A stretch of 63,447 nucleotides of DNA, counting the filler, from Octopus bimaculoides (taxonomy: Eukaryota): assembly GCF_001194135.2 (NCBI RefSeq). It is 4 parts of 4 records of this genome, joined end to end, with 100 filler letters (N's around TTAATTAATTAA, not from the genome) between each part and the next. Parts side by side here need not be neighbours in the genome. Positions count along the whole stretch, not along the records: positions 36,780 to 60,181 come from NC_068981.1; positions 60,282 to 63,447 come from NW_026343318.1; 2 more parts are not named here. The stretch is one strand, 5' to 3'. Below the pieces are notes generated by a model. It was not told the DNA's origin. It worked only from the letters and a program-made list of their open reading frames with translations, and ran no database searches. Made by a program: the position numbers and the translations under genes. Shown here one piece after another: positions 52,963-63,447 of this stretch; the first letter of the stretch is position 1, and each line of letters starts with the position of its first letter.

Positions 52963-52997
<35 letters not shown>

Positions 52998-53013
52998 GGG
53001 AGAGAGAGAGAGG

Positions 53014-53055
<42 letters not shown>

Positions 53056-53639
53056 CATGCATGCGTACGTACACACTCTCGCCAACACATTATCAACGAA
53101 ATGGATCTGCATATGCAGATCATGTAATATATGAAACTTAACATTTAAAAATACTCTTAGAATCCTTCAGAAAGCAAACAATCGAATTACTAATGACTAA
53201 GATGATTTATAAATTATGTTGAGGAGCTGAAGTTTGTAGACTCTCGACTCCAAAGTTTATGCTAACACATACCTCAACGAAATATATAGGCCTGCTCGCC
53301 ATGCACGTGCAGAAAGGAAGAAGAGCAATGCTTTACAATATATAACACAAAACAAAACAGATTACTGTAGTGCACAGTACATCAATATTCAAGACAAAAG
53401 TCTGGAAAAATAAATATGATTAAATCAGGACTTTCAGTAGAGAACAATACTAAATCAAATCTACAGATAACATAAGCAAGCAAATTTGTACCCTTACAAA
53501 ATGACGTACAGATCTGAAAAGAAAGAACGCACTACTTCAGGCTATTAGAAACAGGTTAAAATTTAAAAAAAACGATCATCATTTATGTGCGGGTATGCGT
53601 GAGTGAATATATATATATATACATAAACATGTATATGTA

Positions 53640-54069
53640 CAGAGCATCCCAAAAGTCATCTTGCTGGAACCATGTATGATGTCTAATTTGAATGGCCTTC
53701 TCGTTCCCCAGACTTGACTAGCCCGGATTATTTCTTGCGGGGATACCTGAAATAGAGGGTTTACGTCAACAAATCGGAGACCTTGGTGTAACTGAATAAC
53801 ATCAATAGATAAATCAGAGAAGTGGGGTTTGAAACTCTTGAGGGTGTTATGGTGCACGCTTTGGAAAGAGTACGGGCGTACGCAGCCGAAATTGACTTCC
53901 AATTAAGCGAAGTCATTTTTCATGTGACGTATTGGTGTTGCAAAATTTGACGTGTGTACAATAATTTCTATCATGTCTTTTATATTGTATCAAACTTTTA
54001 TGCATTTATTTGTAGAGTTAAGGAAGTTATTAAAAATTTAAACCCGGCAGTAACTTTTGAGACACCTTA
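53640..54069 (+). mobile_element. Internally deleted Tc1/mariner element of DD37D (maT-like) type with both TIRs and TA flanks
   Basis: TA-cagagcatcccaaaagtca ... taacttttgagacacctta-TA; encodes WPSRSPDLTSPDYFLRGYLK*RVYVNKSETL. Confidence 0.85.
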
Positions 54070-54617
54070 TATATCTATATGTTTGTATAAATGTGTGTGA
54101 GAGTGTGTATGTGTGTACACACATATACATACATAAATACTATATACAGACATATATTTATGTATGCAGCATTGTGTGCCCAGAGACAAGTCGATAATGT
54201 AAACGATGATGATGATGTAAATACACGTTATAACGACGAAAGAAATCTTAATAAGTCCAATTTTATTCTCACCATCCAATGTAGAAGGCTTCCACTATAT
54301 TTCTTTACACGAAGAATTTATTAAAAAAAAAAGGAAAACATGACGAAAGACAGCAGTGACCACGGTCTCTTTTACTCATGATTTCCGCTATGCAATCAAT
54401 GTGTGACTCAAAATAGCATATTGAAATTGAGGAAGAAATGCATCTCCACAATGAGATCTTTTGTGGGCTCTTGTGCGAAAACATAGAATTTAAGGAAGTT
54501 GTGATATTAATCAACACATCATTGACAATGTGGAAAAGTCATCCGTTTATCTTTAATTCAAAGTGTACATAAAACAAAGAAAGCAAACGCAATGCTGTAA
54601 ACGAGCAGCTACGTAAC

Positions 54618-54741
54618 ATGGATGATTGGTTTGTTTTTGTTACCATATGTTTCGTGATTCATCTCACTGCACAACAATACTTTCAAATACAACGCCGAGT
54701 TAACCAAGAATGTCTGAATGGAATTAACAGACAGAAATTGC
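54618..54741 (+). CDS. Candidate first coding exon with signal peptide
   Basis: ATG-initiated MDDWFVFVTICFVIHLTAQQYFQIQRRVNQECLNGINRQKL followed by a phase-1 |gtaata donor; no downstream exon was identified. Confidence 0.25.
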
Positions 54742-56052
54742 GTAATACGTCTAGTACATAAATTCATGTATACATACATACAAACATACACACATACATA
54801 CATACATACATACATATATACATACATACATATGTACATACATGCATACTTACATGTGTGCCTATGTGCAAGAGTGTGTATTTCAGCAATAGATGGCTAT
54901 TCGATTGTTCTCTACATGAGTTTCGTTATATTGTGACTTTGATGTGATAATGTACATTACTCATTCTACATATTTTAAAATTTAAAAACCATGCAGCAAA
55001 CTGTTGACTCATTTATCTATTTCGGTATTTGTTTTCTTTGAATTTTGTGTTTGTTGAGGATTTATAAATGTATTTTTAACTGTTCTATGTATTTATGCAA
55101 GTATACCTGGGAATGAAAGTTATCTGAGCTTCGGTGATAATTATTTGATATATCAGACAAATATTTTAATTTCCATGCTATGCAATTTGTAAACTGTTGT
55201 GCGTGTATGCTCCTTTAATCAGATTGCCGTTGGAGGCAGCGGCTTTCAGCTGCAATGCACCAGACCCTCACCAAATATTTGTCGAATTTCTGCCAACCCA
55301 AATTTTGTTAATAGGAAGAAGAACAGAAAAGCATTACCGATGAAAAAGCATACACCTGGGTAGGAATTGAAATACAGGAGTTTGAAGGAGAGAAGAATAA
55401 AATATGTATAAATATAGGTATATGAAGAATTTGTATAAGAATTAGAAACGGTGCGTATGTGTGTCTGTATGAGTGTATGTGTGTGTGTGTGTGTGTGTAT
55501 GTGTGTGCGTGTGTGCGTGTGTGCGTGTGTATAAATGCACGTACGTGAGAAACCACGTTCTTGTACTCGTATATTTTGCCAAGAGACTATTTGAATGCAT
55601 GCATTATTCTGTGAAGCCAAAGATAAATGTATATAGGTAGAGGGAAAATATCTTGAAGCAAACCAGAAAGCCGCAAGACACTTATTTCCAACGAAACCCC
55701 TGTTGATATTTGTATGAAAGGGAATTACATACACGCTCTTGTCACACCTATCTTCAAAAAGGTTCGGAATTTATGATTGCTCCACTCTGAAAATATTATG
55801 CAGCAATGACGAATAAAGAGATAAAAATCATCTGAGTGCAGTACTATATACATGTACATGCATCTATATTTTAGAAGTTTGTCCTGCAAAATCAATTAAG
55901 GGGAAAAAATATTAAGGATAACAAGCAATTAACAAATAAAATTCAAAGAGCATGCAGAACGGCATGAAATACGTTTCTGGCAATTACTCTACACTGATTA
56001 AACACACACATACACATGTCTATAATACATACATACATACATATACATAGAT

Positions 56053-56119
<67 letters not shown>

Positions 56120-56301
56120 NNNNNNNNNNNNNNNNNNNNNNNNNNNNNNNNNNNNNNNNNNNNNNNNNNNNNNNNNNNNNNNNNNNNNNNNNNNNNNNNN
56201 NNNNNNNNNNNNNNNNNNNNNNNNNNNNNNNNNNNNNNNNNNNNNNNNNNNNNNNNNNNNNNNNNNNNNNNNNNNNNNNNNNNNNNNNNNNNNNNNNNNN
56301 N

Positions 56302-56342
<41 letters not shown>

Positions 56343-57646
56343 TGCATATATTTATCCATTTATCTATTCTTATTCATGTTATATTGAGAAGTTGCAGAAG
56401 GCCATAAGCGGCGTCGTACTATCTGTATCAATCTTCCCTCCCGGACCATTTAGTTCGTTACTAGTTCGTTTGCTTCTTCATTTACATATCTCTTGAAACG
56501 GATTTAACTTTTGCCTTTCGTTCAAATATAATTGACCAATTGTAGTGATGGATAGACTTCGGTCAATCCCATTGCGGACAACAGTTGGTGGTCTCTACAA
56601 TATTTCAGTAACTACACTATAATAAGAATCCTACGGTTTTGTTTTGGATAAATATTAACTAGCCCCATTTACGATTAATTTTCTTGTATTATTTTAGTGG
56701 TAACTTCATTTTACAACTTTACAAACATACATCCCTAGACCACTGCTAGATCATTCTTTTGCCTATCGACTTCGAAGTTCTACGCTGGAAGATGGCATGA
56801 TTTTAATATATTGAGCATCTTGGCTTCTTCCTGTTGCCATATTCTTTTCTATTCCCTCTACCCTTTGTTTTATTTGACGCTTTGGTATTCGGTCTGTAGA
56901 AGATCCATGTATTAGTTCGAATATCCTATGAAGATGAAGAGTATTATTTTCGTAATTCTTTCGTAGGCAACGACTCATACTAGAAGCGGAAACGGCCGTA
57001 TGAATTGTTATGGCACAGAAATGTTATGTCATCATTTGTATTAAAAAATAATCTACTGATATGGTCCAATTTGTTTGTTTGATGATCTAAAGTTTTCTCC
57101 ATTTGCTGATTATATATATATATACATACATGCATATATGTATGCGTACACTCCCCCCCCCCACAGACCTCACACATATATATATGTATACATGTATATA
57201 TATATGTATATATATATANNNNNNNNNNNNNNNNNNNNNNNNNNNNNNNNNNNNNNNNNNNNNNNNNNNNNNNNNNNNNNNNNNNNNNNNNNTCTCTAAA
57301 TGAAGTATTAACAGTAACTGCACTATAAAGTGAAGTATATTGCCACTTAAGTGTGGCTGACCCCTAAGGGTGGATGTTACTGTTGCTTTTAGCCCCAGGA
57401 GGACATCTCCTCCAGCTGGCTTATCGAGACACTACTGTGTCCTGTATATATATATGTATGTATGTAAATATATAACAAAGATGTCCAGGCATTAATAAAT
57501 TACGGCCGTTTCGAGTGGCTCCAACTTAATTGAACAATGAAAATATGACATCAATATGCACGTATATATATATATATATATGCATGCATGTATATATGTA
57601 TGTAAACAAAGATTATACTTATTTATACGTATATACATGACTTTAA

Positions 57647-58031
57647 GTGGACTCCCAATGGTCTAGTGGTTAGGGCAGCGGACTCGCGTTCATAGGAGCG
57701 CGGTTTCGATTCCCAGACCAGGCGTTGTGAGTGTTTATTGAGCGAAAACACCTAAAGCTCCACGAGGCATCCGACAGGGGATGGTGGCGAGCCCTGTTGT
57801 ACTCTTTCACCACAACTTTCTCTCACTCTTACTTCCCGTTTCTGTTGTGCCTCTAATTCAAAGGGTCAGCCTTGTCACACTGTGTTACGCTGAATATCTC
57901 CGAGAACTACGTTAAGGGTACACGTGTCTGTGGAGTGCTCAGCCACTTGCAAGTTAATTTCACGAGCAGGCTGTTCCGTGGATCAACTGGAACCCTCGAC
58001 GTCGTAAGCGATGGAATGTCAACAACAACAG
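57647..58031 (+). mobile_element. Full-length tRNA-derived SINE (third family) with (CAA)n tail and 11-bp TSD
   Basis: A box tggtctagtgg, B box ggtttcgattccc, tail caacaacaaca, flanking direct repeat CATGACTTTAA at 57636-57646 and 58032-58042. Confidence 0.9.
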
Positions 58032-58330
58032 CATGACTTTAAAAGTAGTCTTGAATACATTTTAGCATGATAGTAAACACAGAAAGCTGAGACATCATTT
58101 ACTGAGAAGCATACGCCCATTACTATTTCCATATTAATTATGTAAGATCACATCAGCACCCAAATAACCTACTTTCGTATCGCACTAATTCCTATTACAC
58201 AGTATTCAGCACACAATAACTCTTAAGTGTGTTTAACTCAAATTGAACTCTTTGACATCGATCATGTGATTAAGTTTGAATAAGTATGTACTCATCTCTG
58301 CTAATACTCCAATGTATGTAACCACGTTTC

Positions 58331-58331
58331 G

Positions 58332-58414
<83 letters not shown>
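58331..58414. repeat. (GAT)n microsatellite
   Basis: Directly visible. Confidence 0.95.
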
Positions 58415-59430
58415 TCTTCGACAAGAAACGGAGAGATCAGCCAGTTCGTCTCTCAACATTTTCTTTGTCAATAACTTAAGAAATTGTTAGAAAGAATTAG
58501 TGAGCATGGAATTAAAGATTACTCTGTCACTGCGTGTATTGAACCAAACGCTCACGCAGGCAAACATACTCGCAACTATATACATATGCTGGTGCTAGCA
58601 TGTACATAAAGAATCAGATACAAATATCTCATGATGTGTGTGTATGTGTGTGTGTGTGTGTGTGTGTTTGCGTGTGCGCGTGTGTGCGTGCGCGCGTGTG
58701 TGTACATATGCATGATTATATGCATATATGGAGATGTATGTTTGTGGTTGGATAGATATAGACAGGTAGATCTTGGTCATATTTTTGTACATAAAATGCC
58801 CAATACAACTTATTTAAAATTGACGATATGAACTTTGAAGCTAGGCAGGTATCAATTTGTGATACATGAAGGGTTCCTATATGCAATTCTCATAGAAAAG
58901 CTTAGAGATCAGCTAATTGAAATATATCTGTATATTGTGTTAGCTAACGCTGGTGTGAAGGCTGACAATACGATTCTATTCCTACAGCTCCATTTCATTT
59001 GTATCTTGTATTTAGAATTATGTAAATCGATCTGAGTATTTCGGTTGGCGATGAGTGAACAAGATGGAAAGTGAGTACATCTTACTCTCCAAACATGTTC
59101 TGTAAGCCGTACTTTGGTTCATAGTATTTGTGGATTCGAAAGATTACAAAACAACGATTTTTTAAAAACCGTTATCTCTTTAATTTCAAAGTTCACAGTT
59201 CTGTAGTATGTAAAATATCTAGTCTTGATTAATTGAAATAGATCTCCTCACCGATAATGACGACAGAAGAACAGTTACACCCCCCCCCCACACACACACA
59301 CACGTGTGTATATATCAAAGAGCCTCCTATTTCGTAAATTAGCAATCAACTTAGCAACTATACTGTTCTCCATTCGCTATTGTCAGTTTTGCGTGTGCGG
59401 ACGCGCACAGACATACGCATGTGTGCGTGT

Positions 59431-59516
<86 letters not shown>

Positions 59517-60136
59517 TGTGTGTGTGTCTATTCAGGTATATTTTCTGTATGTGTATATGTGGGTCCCGAGCATGTATGCATGTATGTATACCGTTGGAGG
59601 AGTAATTAAAAATATTCCATACTTTAAAAACTTTCGTAGTTTTCTCATTTCAAACTGTTAACCGATAATTTATTTATAATTTACGGCACTATATTTTATT
59701 TTATGCATTAGTCTATTCTTTTTTAACATACTTCTTTTTACAAAATTATTACTTTATTTATTAATTTTTAATCTGCCTGTACTTTTCTTCGAATGATTGG
59801 ATCTACAGTGTGTTGTATGAATATTCATAAACTGATGTCTCCTGATAAATGGTGTGCAGCGAGTAATCAGAAGTTGTCAAAATTAATCATCCGTTCTTCA
59901 AGGAAGTGTGTACAAATATAGAACATATATTGGCACGTATCATAGTAGCTAAAGTTCTCTCCAAGTTGGATAGGTTGAGAATAAATAGCTATGTGTGCGT
60001 GGATTGCATGTGATGGAATGCGAGTGGGTAGAAAGTGTGTGAGGAACAAACGTATGGAAAATTAATTTAAATTACATACTATCTAAGATCAACCACAAAG
60101 TAGATATATATATAAAGTAGTATGTATATATAAATA

Positions 60137-60181
<45 letters not shown>

Positions 60182-60281
60182 NNNNNNNNNNNNNNNNNNN
60201 NNNNNNNNNNNNNNNNNNNNNNNNNTTAATTAATTAANNNNNNNNNNNNNNNNNNNNNNNNNNNNNNNNNNNNNNNNNNNN

Positions 60282-60740
60282 TGTTCCTCGCTATCATTTC
60301 CATCTTTCTTAGTTACGTTCTGTTCCTCGCTGTCATTTCCATCATTCTCAGTTACGTTCTGTTCCTCGCTATCATTTCCATCTTTCTTAGTTACGTTCTG
60401 TTCCTCGCTATCATTTCCATCTTTCTTAGTTACGTTCTGTTCCTCGCTACAATTTCGATCTTTCTTAGTTACGTTCTGTTCCTCGCTATCATTTCCATCT
60501 TTCTTAATTACGTTCTGTTCCTCGCTATCATTTCCATCTTTTTTAGTTACGTTCTGATCCTCGCTATCATTTCCATCTTTCTTAGTTACGTTCTGTTCCT
60601 CGCTACAATTTCCATCTTTATTAGTTACGTTCTGTTCCTCGCTATCATTTCCATCTTTCTTGGTTACCTTCTGTTCCTCGCTATAATTTCCATCTTTCTT
60701 AGTTACGTTCTGTTCCTCGCTATCATTTCCATCTTCCATC
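60282..60740 (-). repeat. 39-bp minisatellite, at least 12 units, open on the minus strand as (KKDGNDSEEQNVT)n
   Basis: Unit gttacgttctgttcctcgctatcatttccatctttctta; starts at 60312 and 60351 give a period of 39; runs into the linker gap. Confidence 0.95.
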
Positions 60741-61641
60741 ATCTTTTTTTCTTTCCCCTTTTCTTTCCTTTTGGCGACTTTGGCGGCGATTCAGTCACCA
60801 TACGATTTTTTTCTCCATCCTCCTCATTCTCTTCCTGCTTTTCTTCTACCTCTTCCTGTTCGGTCAGCACCATTTCCTCCTCACAGACCTCTGTTTCTTC
60901 TATTTTGTCTTCTTCTACGATTATTTCTCTGCGAGGACACACCGCTTTCATGTGACCTCTACTTCTGCATTTGTAGCATACTGGTTGCCTTCCCTCCATC
61001 ACGATCCGTAAACGAATGTCATCGGGAATCACTAATTCCTCAGCAATGTTGTGTAGGTCCGGTATGGTAATGTGGGCTAGAATTTCTACCCCAAAACTCC
61101 ACCATTCGATTTCTCTCGACCTCTCCACTTTAATGATATCCACCATGTCTTTGCATTTATATATTACCGCTGACACCAACCGTTCCATATCTATCTCCAA
61201 CGGTACTCTACCAATCCTCACTCCCGCCGCCCTTCTACCGCAATACACTGGTAAACGGGCCCATTCTTCCGTACTCAGAGGCATGGTAGAGTATTTCTTA
61301 GCTCCTTGCTCCGTCTTGAAATACACCTTCACCATTCCGTATTTTTTTCCTCTCATAAACAGCACAACTTACTCTGTGATTTCCTTCAGACATTTCTCAA
61401 TCATTTCAGTGTCCGCTATTTCTATTTTCTTGGAGCCGATTCTTAAAGTTTTATATGTGATAATTTTCTTTTCTGCTTCTTCCATCACTTCTTTGGGAGG
61501 GTCGACCCTCAAACAGTCTCCCTCCTTCTTCAAATATTTGAAACGTTTCTTCAAATTTTCCATATCTACCTTCACCTCTCTCATTCCCGTGTCGCTGGTC
61601 GGCCTGCTGCTGCTAGCTGCAGCTGCGTAGCTGGTAGTCAT
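60739..61641 (-). pseudogene. ORF1 (gag-like) of an L1/Tx1-type LINE: one in-frame stop, CCHC zinc knuckle, acidic tail
   Basis: MTTSYAAAASS...; the ORF-track entries 61369-61659 and 60739-61365 are in one frame, separated by a single TAA. CYKCRSRGHMKAVC (CX2CX4HX4C) at 60937-60978 follows LRIVMEGRQPV, as in Tx1/L1 ORF1. Confidence 0.8.
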
Positions 61642-61794
61642 ATTAAACCACCTCAGCAAAGGCTTTCAACAACAAAACAATTCCAACAAAACGGCAACAA
61701 TATAATAACAGGTCCTCAACAAATTCCTACAACGTATTTCTACTCACGCGCTCCTCCAAAACATGACACAATTCAACGACGTCAGCAGTCAAAA

Positions 61795-62830
61795 AATGAT
61801 GCAAACACCGTATCTTCAAATGGTTCTTTATATTTTGGAATTAGCCTAGACAGCCCATCTGCTTGTCCCATCTTCTATGATGGCAAAAGTTCCATCTGAA
61901 AATCATAGTTGAACAGGGTAAACGGTTTGCTAGCGCTGTAAATGGTTTGTTAGCCGAACATAGACTGTAACGGTCGGTGATCAGTTTGCAGTGTAAACAT
62001 CCTACCGTGTAGGAATTTATGGAGCTTCTTTACTGTGAAGATTTATGATAAAGCCTCCTTTTCGATCTTGCTGTAGTTTTTTTTACTACTACAACTGTTG
62101 ATGCATGTACCATAGTTTTGATTTTACCATTATTAAATATATGCAACATCCGGTGCCACTATTATTTTCAGGTTTGGGTCGAAATGAGTTAATGATAACT
62201 CCGATGTTAACTTCTTTTTCAATTACACGAATGCTTTCTGACATTCGTTTGCCCAGTCCCATTTCGTGTATTTCTTTAACAAATTATTCACCGGAGCTCT
62301 TAGTTGACACATTTAAATATGCACGGCTCGTAATAACATACCAGACCTAAAATCCTTGTAACGTTGTTTTGCAATGTGACACATTTACTTTATTACATAA
62401 TGTATTCAGAAGTAGATCCCACGGGTCGAATTCTTCCATTAAATCTGTACCGAAAAGATTCACTGTATTTTCAGATACCTTTATTTCACTTATCTGCATC
62501 ATTATTTAAAGTTCTATTTCTGACGAATTTTCGACCAAGAATTGAATTTGTTTCCTCGATACACCGTGAGATATGATAGTAGCTTTCTTGTATACCGGCC
62601 TTCCTATCTTAATCTATAGTGCTGTATTAATTATTGATACGTCTGAACTGGTATTGCATTTTCGCCCGAAAATCATTTATTTCTACCGATATAAACTTTC
62701 GGTTTTCTATGGTACAATTTAGTTTTGTCGAGTAGGATTTCTTCGGATTCTCATTTGTAACATTTTTCTTCAACCAGCATTTTGACTGTTTATGCCCAAT
62801 TTTACTGCACTTAAAACTTCTTAAAATGGT
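61795..62830 (-). mobile_element. Degenerate, internally deleted Ty3/gypsy gag-pol relic
   Basis: In order: (S)FKCSKIGHKQSKC knuckle; protease TSSDVSII...NLFGTDLMEEFD; RT thumb LRAPVNNLLKK..KWDWANECQKAF..LKKKLTSELSLTHFDP; RNase H [37 protein letters not shown]...GQADGLSRLIP. Confidence 0.9.
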
Positions 62831-62912
62831 GGTCTCTGCGACCATAGCACGGTTTTGCATTTTATCTCTTTTCATTCTTCAATAATTTCTTTACTATTAC
62901 TACTACTACTAC

Positions 62913-62961
<49 letters not shown>

Positions 62962-63447
62962 GCTGTTGTTGTTGTTGTTGCTGTTGTTGTTGTTATTATT
63001 ATTACTGCTACTACTCTCAATAATATTAATACGCTTAACTTTTGTACGTACCTGTAGTGTGTGTCACACTTCAACGAAGGGGAAAAGCGAGAATGAGGAG
63101 ACCAGTGACGAAGTAAGAGAGAAAGAGAGAGAGAGTGAAAGAGAAAGTGAGACTGAGAGAGACAGTTGATACTTTAATCAGTAAATACGTACACACAGCA
63201 AATATTGGATGTCAATTTCACTTTTGAAGACAACTAGAACAANNNNNNNNNNTGTTGTTGTTGTTGCTGTTGTTGTTGTTATTATTATTACTGCTACTAC
63301 TCTCAATAATATTAATACGCTTAACTTTTGTACGTACCTGTAGTGTGTGTCACACTTCAACGAAGGGGAAAAGCGAGAATGAGGAGACCAGTGACGAAGT
63401 AAGAGAGAAAGAGAGAGAGAGTGAAAGAGAAAGTGAGACTGAGAGAG

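Noticed and set aside
56740-57080. Possible second RTE relic (DRIPKR-like) on the minus strand
   Set aside because: Too degenerate to support by eye.
57350-57450. ggctga...ttagcc pairing plus a ggagg/cctcc hairpin as a possible HDV-like ribozyme
   Set aside because: No L3/P1.1 consensus or P2 closure could be built; probably an ordinary repeat end.
61360-61372. GA|GTAAGT at the ORF1 stop as a splice donor of a domesticated gene
   Set aside because: The reading frame continues seamlessly after the TAA, so a point nonsense mutation is simpler.
61016-61630. 204-aa plus-strand ORF
   Set aside because: Antisense shadow of the LINE ORF1; no recognisable motif.
62960-63447. About 195-bp exact duplication on both sides of the 10-N gap at 63243-63252
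   Set aside because: Perfect identity flanking a minimal gap is typical of an unmerged contig overlap.

Overview
AT-rich, microsatellite-saturated eukaryotic genomic DNA from a gapped short-read assembly. The SINE families, simple-repeat spectrum and intron-scale spacing point to an octopus (coleoid cephalopod), which is an inference. Most of the window is intronic/intergenic and built from transposon relics: at least three tRNA-derived SINE families (about 20 copies), a CR1-group LINE 3' end, four R4/Dong-type LINE fragments, an RTE relic, a Tx1/L1-type ORF1 ending in a 39-bp coding minisatellite, a multiply deleted Ty3/gypsy gag-pol relic, a probable solo LTR, several mariner/Tc1 remnants and a 150-bp-arm foldback element. 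One host exon is well supported: a symmetric phase-1 PAN/apple-domain exon (46295-46540, +). Weaker exon candidates hint at a minus-strand secreted/GPI-anchored gene (about 27.0 kb to 0.9 kb) and a plus-strand signal-peptide exon (54618). Best leads: two minimal dimer-type hammerhead-ribozyme-like motifs, a 3' tail and stem-loop shared between the CR1-group LINE and the CORE-type SINE, a fold-back mariner with a perfect hairpin junction, and a pre-miRNA-like hairpin at 11873-11943. Nearly all ORF-track entries are microsatellite or N-gap artefacts. Three 44N-TTAATTAATTAA-44N blocks are synthetic scaffold linkers, so contiguity across them is uncertain. All calls were made by eye; no database search was run.
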